A stretch of DNA of 23,559 nt from a virus (IMGVR_UViG_3300023174_000088:91410-114968), one strand, 5' to 3'. Shown: positions 12,001 to 19,500, counted from the first letter of the stretch. Numbers and translations: made by a program. The notes: a model not told the origin generated them from the letters alone.

Positions 12001-13570
12001 ATCAATAAGGAATATTATTCCTATAGAAGACTACGCTGAAACAATCACCCCAATCATAGACTCTCTCGTATCTGATGAGTCTGTACAGGCCTTTGCAGAT
12101 CAAAAATGGTTTGAGAGAAACAATTGGCAAGATGAAGATGTTGTAAGAACTGTCACCCCCAAGTTCTTGTTCCCGATAGATTTTAGAACTGGTGAACCAA
12201 TTGATCCTTCAACAGGAATGCCAACAGATGAACCAATAGGGGTTGATGAATGGGGCAATGAAATATATCAGTATACGTCCCCATCTTATATAGATATTAA
12301 AGACCTTGGAATACTTGGAAGAGACAGAAAAATCTTATTTTTAGGGGAGAAATACAACTATGTGGATGTTCAAAGTGAAATCATAAAGGTACCAAGAGTC
12401 ATCCAGATGGACGATGGTAGTAGGGTGGATGTTATGACTGGAAGAACAATCACTCCAGCAATGTTCAATGCCATGCGAAAGAAAGGAGACATCTCCTATA
12501 GAGATTACATTGGTTATGAAAAAGTGAGAGATGCTTATGGAAATCCCGTAATAGCAAAGGTGGATAAGCAGGGTAATGTTACATATGTATACAAGCTCAT
12601 CAACTTGTTTGGTGATGGTATATTTGCATCTGAATACTATTCAGATTTCAAACCTTCTCCTATAAATAACGGAACAATAAAACTTGAAAACGAAATACCA
12701 GTTGCTGATATAGTTGCTTATTATGGTGGAATAGTTAGTGCTGATGAAATTGCATCTTTACAGTCAGTGCCTAGAGCTGCAACCACTGTCACTTCTCCTG
12801 TAACTGACGGTAGAGCTAAAGTAGCAATGCAACCAATGAATGTCGAAAAAATCAAAAATGGTACAAAGACAACTACGACAAGAAGTGAAAGAGAGTTTGA
12901 AAAAATAGGAATTCCTATTGGTCAATCAGCTACAGTTAACTTTGGCGGACAGGATTTTACAGTGACAAACAGAGGATTTCTTACAGTCCAGGAAGCTGGG
13001 GGTAAGGAGGCAATGCTTAAATCTGAAGGATATGCATCTGTACAAGATCTTTTGTACCAACAAACAAAAGATTGGATTGGTGGAAAGGGTAGGTTGTATG
13101 TTTATGACATTAAACCTGTACAAGATGTTGAAGCAGAAATAGAAGATAGTGGTTCAATTGTATATGCTTCTGATATAGATGCAACTGGAATGACAACTTC
13201 AAGTCCTAGAGAGGGATATGTAATGGTGAAGTTTGATAGACTGGATGAGGAAGTGGAGTTTAAGAAATCTGAATTAGAACTGGCAAATGCAGATGATTTA
13301 TTTGAATATTCTTATTTTAATAATATAGAGGATGAGATAGGCGAAATGATTACTGTAGATAATGCAAAGTTAAAACTTCTTGATGTCACTGATACAGACT
13401 ATGAGCATATAAAAATTTTGAAACTGCAGTCAAAGTCTGGAAGAGTATTCCCTGCAATTATAGATTATGTTGAGGAAACAGGAGATACAAAAATTGACCC
13501 TAATCCTCCTTCAGATGAAGACCTTGGACTGAGTGATGATATGTATGACAGCGAAGACTTTAGTTGCTGA
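2..13570 (+). CDS. Giant virion-associated RNA polymerase polyprotein of crAss-like phage type (5'-partial, at least 4522 aa)
   Basis: The supplied ORF starts at TTG 206, but the frame is stop-free back to position 2 (GAVPLIGLQIGKASLYLNKLFAGSNKLDKVLDIAKSL...GLSLYGASRTE), so the true start lies upstream of the window. Contains GFRIPT (R at 9938), GSDFDIDKL (10049-10075), DETKR (8444-8458) and QQTRGSQITKL. Ends TGA-TAA at 13568-13573. Confidence 0.93.
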   Translation, partial: GAVPLIGLQIGKASLYLNKLFAGSNKLDKVLDIAKSLNKTEKQLLTLKNLAYAAEATKLSNGFRYGLSLYGASRTEAAVESRDAYRTIKDKLISDYRKQNGVDPSGAVLDEIEKYATDGMNVRFGINMTLLTASNAIQFGSLFKSFTNASKGAPGLFEAPVGELGKVGLAKGSIDVFEKKATTGLGAKVWESIKPTVKNVLTEGVYEEGGQFAAEKGVYDYYTRKYKNLKNPEYAKTWNTLNEVMKSTNEGLAEQFGSTEGIQNMLIGGITALITGGVSSKMRRLRGEPSKDERLQSAINILNNHKVTGILGDQYDSTLNSANISREMQEAANSGDVYKYKNLKHDQFFTYVMSRIPAGMHDITIEQLKMLKDLDKEQFEKAFGMNFDESNKKTVGEYVDSLIEKANSIKETADSLDFTFKNPFRNYVDPKTPEETEERLKHIVFNNWKKDLAYYASAEQDTKERLLSIEQDLSKINPLIDLDLVSKLTKKEGLQELTREYESQATTLEKSINEYTTPEDKRKLKSQVKALRTAIEKINLALTAKNLDTKTFEQLINFEIGGRTDITSKNYPSEKTANLFKLATDVNSLNARRDAASQSFDALTTEGGVNKYFEQADEMEEESEKEEEKPEQQPLTQTPQYTYKNAAGEIKPIDLNREYQIPTAKVAKLNKINDDKYEVVSPNGTITFYDNLEDAKEALDEINADLSELAKVKVIALNPDGTIKVEDISGNIQNIRAEDLEGYEGLETEQEKITRQKDQIDKEQKEIETRSGTVNTGDPTKETWEEEGFLKDANWLFTSGITESEDWADTTKSSPHVIRARKFLRKAKRLSNRNKLRAIVVTAKQLNALGLKGLAQLSYKKDLASDINEIEDVFDVEKGFVAQVFTVQEADGLYYVDEKGEKISKVGEQVDLNRVVFQTMPTTSLENRRGNPRYRKDQKDVAEKMAEAWKKKRAELFSAPENSYTTYEFVISRGIPEPSIVVNGIKEKNHVGTTLIDEDQKEAEKIISSQQGLILIPTRDTISHNGRLLKVPKGRPVLQFGDTLEFLNNKKFSRSQAKSIFEVMKAIAEETVTQTKEGREIKFNRSYSLFLQNVLFWVKGTTTSGNQMYIDEKNIYIGGKAYSLVDFADKESEIVQQLEETYNNVNNKSLTEYFSEPFVEFYYEDGEIKDREWKNYQSYLLSSKTPDGKARNINETPLSTTIPTPSASIPYTHKQKYAILIGMELPISQPQTSTPPPAGDTTEAPKIGEYVADGTTKNKIKLKEPIGEIEFVASIDGTNTVSVKVFSGPNTEAISKDAAKVKPYLDFLKAAGKFDAKKDVEQLLLEFISMNVAQRLQTQLNEQIKNAKPAGATEVISEEEYKNFIDKNIVSDVILNSIADKVVSRAPLSERELVIFNARVADINEIIRKKKAPTTDSDKEIRDKIKSLPDSVYNDDKNTGLFLDVIIDKTKDYKKGADINQEGFIVNFSGVDSKDDIKLTINSVSKEGDNYRIIGRGGIGAKAASYNFLVSPSGEILSITSAEGKTFSGQTNANIRPTEAIRKSIQSTSNKDLMNRLASLATAPVSTDAKASIDSDIQNVLNAKNKEELIKAAEKLVGINPYDQGAVSMGTRAALMTPGSFDRGKTLFLEEIKGIIEIKRKSEGVKPTDAKADIERRKKEALQPKTKNNPNGYDVIKISDTKTDYYYFYQNPSDKEDFEGMRTSSKAEILKQIAAKYDAELARELYKEIKAGKMVTDMTIAEQAVADKYITPELRASVDAELAALEGTKPQEKELKTVESAIRAVFGFYDQAKRNQEAGNKLRDDEKDVINDPLKYLEKERDGYQNSINEIIPKQIASLEASKAKKNEKEIAKINEKIEANKKDLARYEEWLKQIDGVIAKVREVIASSEKSSKTGEQTKKDPNKFDGFDGPSGDFRRISLGEVGGMTEEEIELFKAWHAENVPFIPYEILENIIKTHNGGKAWGVFENGVAKFVRGGLRGTEYHEVFEAIWKGFLTEQERVALMTEFRSRSGQFVDRESGMRIDYSAATDRQIKERIADDFSDFRLGKLPARNLSERILRFFKAMIDFFRSFVTKPSLKDKLFNAIDTGKFKERVLPESVKNEAAEYRAVEGLTEQQTHEFVEDMTARAAGILFKEADKKTLFNPEGITSVKMFSEIERMYESERNASGFSKRDMLSDEAWSQLKSKTKNYLRTLGINFNEEDRVNINDENHDGRMYAAEPFSTDWKKSSPFAIKFTLATLLKTVAINQKNNLRLELPKADTSTIGYKLINFSRAFATLMDKMSNTTSVSKLVEKLIDISNRDSDYVRLFRRLGGVTTKEGESYIPFENFDRHDWRLFINFFQVFTKQKPEAIIQYRSEGDVYSRPAAFFSASKEVELSWMENLKALALDKDSIVWLDRDSTTYKVNRRPLEGIDISKPRSAIGFISEIGIKFPMESFLKLSTDEQNQFMDSVSQIYNYLGSNEDVASIKGNTLGISGPVSKLSKLYVQVTNPNRENTHFNIDGKRAQNYADNNVSSVFENVFNEVDSLEELFEAMPHLKDVFSAGSQVLKKGGLFFDADGKRIKKMKVKTIEGTKIVDKNKGMSSAKLNLGDRFVQEINENLDGNYYILVPADSSTEWMMEMGNTISFIDVDSGRAWNKVYKIFQGYLMDDINLALDWKNREKLTNVGTKGKQLRFFKDILGKKELEEIESLINRGATEDEITDYVKDNIEAINNAVKDYINGTVNETIDILKENNKIITKDGGFKFPNLLDAFALKRNVGIDKNNMSEKDVNSLITFVNINYIINNIEYHKILFGDPYQFGIKEKDGKVILDETKRIKSFLSPRRTTFDHPEYNNHLNNEYNETPSGIALSGRTEAYPFGDPGYHNFKSYVNTVTIKDVKIAGSLANIMSAYGDVNETDAMSWLMDGTYREIKLKNGQWPDEAEAWHQWQMAWTRQNLPGYIYRNPALETEDKKMISKPAPKYTIEVLKPIVTGVKYGKSNIDLVLDKFSQMPIYYSMVKGTNLENLYLEMARKDVGYAIVESGRKVGAEGVHSLYNPDGSFNKSAFNNNIQIPWKAYGIQVENSYEGEKQQTRGSQITKLASIDLFENGQASEAAKLEYARNKRILDEMHENAYREFLKDFGIQDVGNGFATTADSNKRVSEMLVYEMLRRKLSDNAIDTVQLDENEQFRIPFEASPSYVQIRDILYSMIDKKILSPRMNGGAHVQVSSTMFESATKGRSLAMKTETGWRKITKKEYKKLSEEDKKKVVLTDDTLKFYTKEDPYCEILLPHWFGEKLMKEAKFKTKEALLTYLNDTEEGKKILRGIGFRIPTDALNKIEVFRVKGFLPEYMGATVVVPSEITTKAGSDFDIDKLSMYLKSVYLDPNGNIRLIQYKGSEEETKDFYSQVYENTIRKQIKRIERFDEFRKRLVDIFDQIERYDGEETEMEYILSPEDYDFYEYHIKLIDEIDAQAEEAGLYTSDYIREQIDRLKDVKEELRAEILNEEMREKFVNRMYKKSLENEYYDSLEKLITLPENFERLIKPTDDAGIKDISDEIDSLINYDESNIMNRLLNRNYMTSLRHSFVVAKRWVGIGAVNITGHSLAQKTTLIVNTDMFNKLSGRDKDIIGDGSIALPHNKVTINGREFISLSGKMDAEDKLYISDGLSGYITTFVDVAKDPYIMKIIKSDLAVGTFMFLQRVGVPIRTSAMFMNQPIIRTYLQMLDSRGSRNLFDKNIQVLAKMLFSDTTGDIASEIDINVDGLSDNIKKYYSGKKLSQEENAEQQKILDEFLKYAKMAEFNFKFTQATNYDTSKFRSAENLFKKESLTDKAIESNIISSVEEVLKSSHLKKQKDVLHSLADAMGVILKLDKYQFRNITNSVLRRFAEREFLSNDDYVKIAAKVKASFLDFIIQTKTGLNKDVRELLVDAGTAVVAQLEKAKIAHPEMKILQELQPASSDRIGGAKTVKLAVNIKEAYDENLYTGYMRELRDNPDTTNLYYNIIYASLLQNTYQYSVSIRNIIPIEDYAETITPIIDSLVSDESVQAFADQKWFERNNWQDEDVVRTVTPKFLFPIDFRTGEPIDPSTGMPTDEPIGVDEWGNEIYQYTSPSYIDIKDLGILGRDRKILFLGEKYNYVDVQSEIIKVPRVIQMDDGSRVDVMTGRTITPAMFNAMRKKGDISYRDYIGYEKVRDAYGNPVIAKVDKQGNVTYVYKLINLFGDGIFASEYYSDFKPSPINNGTIKLENEIPVADIVAYYGGIVSADEIASLQSVPRAATTVTSPVTDGRAKVAMQPMNVEKIKNGTKTTTTRSEREFEKIGIPIGQSATVNFGGQDFTVTNRGFLTVQEAGGKEAMLKSEGYASVQDLLYQQTKDWIGGKGRLYVYDIKPVQDVEAEIEDSGSIVYASDIDATGMTTSSPREGYVMVKFDRLDEEVEFKKSELELANADDLFEYSYFNNIEDEIGEMITVDNAKLKLLDVTDTDYEHIKILKLQSKSGRVFPAIIDYVEETGDTKIDPNPPSDEDLGLSDDMYDSEDFSC
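4698..4965 (+). repeat. Imperfect 25-bp direct repeat pair CTACAGATGCTAAAGCT(AG/GA)TATAGA encoding TDAKA(S/D)I(D/E)
   Basis: Copies at 4698-4722 and 4941-4965: 17 bp exact, then 2 mismatches, then 6 bp exact. Confidence 0.85.
5153..5290 (+). repeat. 15-bp direct repeat pair GA(T/C)GCAGAACTAGCT encoding DAELA
   Basis: Copies at 5153-5167 and 5276-5290, one mismatch. Confidence 0.75.
5750..6330 (+). other. Zincin-like (MPTase-like) domain in ORF1 with altered metal motif HEVFE
   Basis: AWGVFENGVAKF...GTEYHEVFEAIW (HEVFE at 5954-5968), downstream KERIADDF (from 6104) and ILRFFKAMIDFFRSF helix. This is the usual layout of phage polyvalent-protein zincins, but with HExxE in place of HExxH. Confidence 0.75.
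8400..11100 (+). other. Catalytic core of two-barrel (crAss/phi14:2 gp66-type) RNA polymerase within ORF1; boundaries approximate
   Basis: Metal-binding DxDxD as DFDID at 10055-10069, preceded by RIPT...VVVPSEITTKAGS. The DFDID variant is the crAss-type form, versus DFDGD in cellular RNAPs. Confidence 0.92.
12812..13120 (+). other. ASCH (PUA-like) domain near the C-terminus of the RNAP polyprotein
   Basis: VAMQPMNVEKIKNGTKTTTTRS matches the ASCH signature GxKxxTxR (12860-12883). It is followed by a beta-rich segment, KSEGY and a terminal strand RLYVYDIKPV, about 100 aa in total. Confidence 0.8.
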
Positions 13571-13594
13571 TAATTAACTGATAATAAAAACAAT

Positions 13595-16500
13595 ATGGCC
13601 AAAATTTGTAGTTTAGGAATTAAAAGAGTTGTTACAGATTTGAGTAAGGACAAGCCTTGGTTTAAATATAAAGAGGAAAGTAACTTTATACAAGTGGTGC
13701 CCTCTCCAAAAGCAAGGATCAATGAGTCCAATCTTAAGGCTGTTGCTGCCACCACTGCCAACTTTTTAAATAGGTCAATCAATAAAGGTCTGGCTGTTGG
13801 AGATGTTTTTGAAGCCACCGTATTGTATGATGGTAGGGTGGGAGTTTTAATTTCTCCTACAGATAGGCAACTACGCCTTATTAATGCAAAAGATGAAGCT
13901 GAAAAAGAGCAGCTTATAAAAGAGGTGGAGCAAGAACAAGCCGAACAAGAACAAAATGAATTGAGAGAGGCTCAAGAGGCAGAAAGAAAAAGAGGTGGTT
14001 ATACAGAGGAAGACAGGGGTGAGTTTTATCAGAAACCAGCAGAACGAGTTCAGCAAGTTATATCTGAAAAGCTGAGAACCAAGCTGTTAAACTTTTTAAA
14101 AGCTTTGAATATAGACGTCGCTCTTAATGCAGACGATATTCTAAACAGTACAAATTTCAAGAACAAACCACTTGCAGCATTTGATGTTCTACAAAAGTTT
14201 ATGGCATTTGCCTCTGGACAAGAGAATCTTCTCCCTGAACAGGTGGCATCTGTAATGTACACCTTTCTTGGTAGAAAGTCCACGCTCTCCAAGGCTCTAT
14301 GGAAAAACATAGACAAGTGGGAGAGATATGGTGAGGTGTACGACTATTATAAAAATTCAAAAAATAAGGTTGACTCTGATATATTCTATGCAGATGATGA
14401 ATTTGTTGAAAATGAGAAGTTCAGTTCATTTGCTCATAGAATGGCAATTATAAAATTCCTTGAAGAGTCTCTGCTTAGACTTGACTCTGGTGAACAGGCT
14501 ACAGAAAAAAGAGAGAATGAGGACATTGATTCCAACTATTTCAAACGTAGAGGAAGACTAAATCCATACCAAGGAAACTTTCTACAGAGATTGTTCAATT
14601 CTATTTACAACTGGTTCCAAGATACATTGGGAAAACCTGTATTTGAAAAGTATTCAAGGAAAGACCTTGTTGACCTAGGACTCGATATTGCTGATGACAT
14701 CTTTAAAGAGGATTACAAAAAGTGGATGAGATCTTTCATTGAAAAAGATGGAGAGCTGTACGACAGTTCAGGAAATAAGCTTGAATTGAAAAGCTATGAT
14801 GAATCTATAAACAAAGATCCATTTGCTAAAGAAATTATTGAAAAACTGTTTAACAATCCATTCATTAGATTTAAACTTAGTGGATCTTTAACAATTAGAA
14901 AATATGGAATTGTTTTTAGAAAGAAGGAGGAGGACATTCATGACATTGATGGTGTAATAACCCTTGATACCTTCAAACAAGATCCTGAATATGATAATTT
15001 TAGGAAGTGGGTTCAAACTGAAGGTTTATATCTGATGAACTCAGGAAGAGCTAAGATATTCCATAGGAAGATGAAAGAGAAACTTCCTGGATTGAACTGG
15101 TATCAAAACCTGCTCTACTCTTTTCCAAACTTCCAGCTTACAAATAGTTTCATTGGAAGAGACCATAAACAAGGGGAGAGTATAACAATTCAGGGATATG
15201 TTGAACATCCTACAGAAAAGGAAATTGATAAAACCACTGGTGAGGAAAGACCTAAAAGATATGCACTTGACTTCTTTTTGAGGGTGGATGAAGGCAACTA
15301 TCCTGAAATATTTGACAACTATTGGAAAGACTGGAAGCAGATATTTGAAGCAAAACTTAACATGGGAAGATCTAAAGATATTTCAGATCTCATCTATTTT
15401 GCTCCATTCCTCAAAGACAAATATAAGTTTACAAATAGAGGATTTAGATATTTCACTTTCATGGAACGTCCTATTGCCCAAGCTCAGGAAACCACTGAGG
15501 GAGTGAAAACCCAACTTAGGGGAACAGAAACATCAAAAGCATCTCCTGAGACAATTGCACTTCTTAGGGATTTCTTGAAGCGGATTGGTGTGGATGTGAA
15601 GATGTTGCAACAAATTGTTGTAGGTGGAAAGAAACAAGATGTTAATGGTGTTGCTCGAATAATGCAGGGTCTTATTGAGGTGATTGAGGGCAGGGAAGCT
15701 GAGGCTCTTCCTGAAGAAGCTATGCACTTTGCCGTTGAGATTATTAAACAAACTAATCCCAAGCTGTACAACCAACTCTTGAAGGAAATCAATAGCTATG
15801 CTATGTACAAACAGGTGTTGGCTGATTATAGCTCAGATCCAAACTACCAAACAAAAGACGGTAAACCTAATATACAAAAGCTTAAGGATGAGGCTATTGG
15901 AAAGGTTCTAACTGATACGCTCATTTACAAAAGTGAGGGGTCTATAGAAAAGCCCGAAAACCTCTCAAAGGTACAATCCTGGTGGTCTGCAATACTTGAT
16001 TGGCTCAAGAGTTTGTTTAATAAAAGTGGATTTGACAAAGCTGCAATGAGCATCCTCTCTGGAAAGAACATAGGCACTCTTGAGGACATCAGAACTTCTG
16101 AGGACAATGTCTTCATGCAAAAAACCAAACAAGACACAGTGTACGATTCAATCAAGGAGATTAGCGCTAAGATTGATAGTAGGGGAAAAGAGGGCTATTA
16201 CATTGGTGATAAGAAAGTTCCAAGAAGGGTTACAGATATTGTTAAAGACTGGTATGATAGAAGATTTGCTGAGAAACAACTAACTGATTCAGAATTCCAG
16301 AAGGCAGTGAACGACCTCAAAGCTGAAAAAGGAACAGCTGGACATGCTGATATAGATTACATCATCGAGCTATTTGTAGATAAAGATGGGTATTTAAGGC
16401 AAACTGAACTAGACGATAGTTCATATACATCCCAAATAGATCCAAATAGCAGGAAGATTTATGACTTACTTAAAGATAATGTCAGACAAAGATTGAATTC

Positions 16501-19500
16501 ATTTAAGCCAGGAACAAGATTTATGTCTGAAATTGTTGTGTACGATCAGGCAAGAGGCTTGGCTGGTACAATTGACTTTCTTGCCATAGATAGGGATGGT
16601 AAGGTGAGCATCCTTGACTGGAAGTTTATGGACTTAAACATAGATAGATATGATGATGTTCCATGGTATAAGGTGAATGCTTGGCGAACACAAATGGATC
16701 AATATAGATTGATTTTGCAGAATGCATATGGTATAAAGCCTCAAGACTTTGTACAAACCAGAATGATTCCTATAAGAGTTAGGTATAGCTCTGGTGACCC
16801 TGCAAGGAATGTTCTTCCTCAACTTTTGGATATTGAAATAGGTGGCGTAGTGGTGAAGGACATAAAAGAAGACTATTTGATTCCTGTAGCTACAAAAGGA
16901 GAGAAAACTGGTATAAAGAAAATAGATAAGCTTATAGAAAGACTTAACGACGTTTATACAAAACTTTCCGAAAAGAAAGCAATACCTTCTGAGAAGCTAA
17001 ACAAGGCTGAACAGTTGAATGCCTTGTTCACAGCAATCAGACATCTCCAGATGAGACAAGATGTTGGACCTCTTGTTGATCAGGCAAAAATATTGAACAA
17101 GCAGCTAAAAGAGCTTATACAATCCTATAGGGAAAATATTGAGGGTAAAGATCCAAACTCCTTCACAGATGACCAGGTGACAGATTTTACAGAATCAATT
17201 GCACTTGGTCTTGATGCTATTTCTACATATACACAACTATCAGGAGATTTAAAACCTATATTTGACAAAGACCTTTCTGAGGAAGATAAGGAGCTTTGGA
17301 ACAGTGTTCGTAATGCAACTGAAGATGCTAGAGACATCCATAGTGAACTTAAGGAAATTGACGAAGAATTTACAAGTGATGTAATTGGTAAGAGAGAAGG
17401 AGTTGAAAATCTATCAACACCTGAGAAAATTATAAAGGGATTGGCAAGATGGTTTGGTAATACCGCCACATTGCAGCTAAAATCTTTACATGTTCTATAT
17501 AGAAAAGTGAACAAGGCTTTTGGATATGCTGCGATGGATAGCTTGAATGAGACAAAAAAGCTACTTGAAATAAAGGAAAGGTATCAGGCATGGGCAGCCT
17601 CTAAAGGTTTGACCATGAAAAACTACTTTGACATTATAAAGAAAAAGCCTCAACTAAATCAAAAAGATGCTGAGAATAGAAGAAGGATTGAAATAGCTGA
17701 TTTAAATAAAATAAAATCTACTATTTCTCAAGAATCTTACAAACAAGAATTAGATAAAATCAATGAGCGTTATGAAAGATCTATTAAGGATCCAAACGAA
17801 CTTATAGATGAATTCGATCCTAATTTTTATTCTGAGCTCAAGAAAAGGATACAGGACAAAGACCTTAAATGGATTAGAGAAAACGTAGACAGTTCTGAAT
17901 ATAATATTTATTTGAAAGAAAAGCTTAAGGAAGAAATAGATAGGATTGAGAATAAGGTGAGGATTGGTACAGATGAAGAAATCCAAAAACAAATAGACAG
18001 AGAAAAGGCTCAGGCAGCATCTCTCTATAACATATCCACAACAGAGTCTCCAGGATGGTATTTGTATAATGATATTAGAAAATTTCCAAGAAGGGATAAG
18101 TGGGAGTCCAAAGAGTGGAAAGAACTATATAGAAAAGACTCTTCTGGTAATTACGTAAATAAACCTGCTGTAGATTTTTATGAATACATCAAAGAAAGAA
18201 ATAATTACTACCAGGAAATAGGATATATACATGCTAAACAAGCAAGAACGTTCCTTCCTTGGGTGAGACAAGGTATGTCTGAGAAACTTATTTTTGGAGG
18301 AAAGATTACACTAGGAGAACAGTTTCTCAGGAACATTTCTCTAGACGAGAATGAAACGGGATTTGGTCAAATTGATCCTCAAACAGGTAAGCCCATTGAC
18401 GTTATTCCAGTTTACTTTACAAGAGAACTTCCAGCTGGAGAGGAGAGTAAGGACCTGTTTAAAACCATGGCTCTATATAATGAGTTTGCCATAAAGTTCA
18501 AATATCTTTCTGACATTGAATCTCAGGCCAAAGCACTTCTTAGACTAGAAAGAAACAAGAAAGCAATCAGAACATCTTATTTTGGAAAAACCCAATATGA
18601 AGAAGGAGATATAGCATACACTCCTGATAATAATGAAAACGCAGATCTGTATGAAAATATGATGAAGGCAATCCTTTATCAACAAAAGTTTATTGAAAGT
18701 GAAACGTTTGACCAGATACTTTTGAAGTTTGGTAAGTTTGGAGAGAAGATTAACAAGAAGCTTGGATATAAACTTCTTCCTGAAAATCTAGAAGGAAGAC
18801 AAATGAGTATAAACAAAACTTTAAACCAACTCAATACCACATTCCAAATCAATGCGTTAGGATTAAACTTCCTATCCTCTTTCTCAAACTTCTTTGGCGG
18901 TAGTTTCCAGTCTTTAATTAATTCTGGTAAATATTTTACAAAACCAGAACTGGTTTCTACAGAACTATGGATTTTGTCACAGAAGATGTATGGATTGGAA
19001 GATCTTGATGCAAAGAAAGCGATTGCAGCATTGGAATACTTCCTCCCACTTACAGAAAACTATGGGGGAGAGATTGCTAAAAAACTAGCACTAAACAAAA
19101 TTAATGGTCAAAACATTCAAGACTTCCTGATGATTCTGATGAGAAATTCAGAAAAAGCAGTCCAAACCACAAACTTCTTTGCATATTTAAGAAATACAAT
19201 TGTTGAGAACGGCAAGTTGTATAATGCAAGAGAATACCTTAGATCTACTCCTGAATATGAAAACATGTATTTAGGAAGCAAAGAACAAAGGGATGCAAGA
19301 ATGGAAAAGTTTGAAAGGGATGTACAAGACTTGATAAAAGAAAAAGGTGTCACTAAACTCGGTAAGGTTGTAAATGGTGAGTTTGTAATTCCAGGAGTTG
19401 ATAGAAAGTCAGATACGGTGATTGAACTTAGGAGAATTGTGCAACAGATAAACAACGATGCTCTAGGGTCTTTAAGTCCAGATAATAGAAGAATGATTAA

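Noticed and set aside
13568-13597. Readthrough fusing ORF1 and ORF2 (same frame, 24 nt apart)
   Set aside because: Two consecutive stops (TGA TAA) and a good A-rich leader before ATG 13595.
16220-16860. Cas4 / CRISPR system
   Set aside because: No Fe-S cysteines, no repeat-spacer array and no other cas genes; it is a generic PD-(D/E)XK domain.
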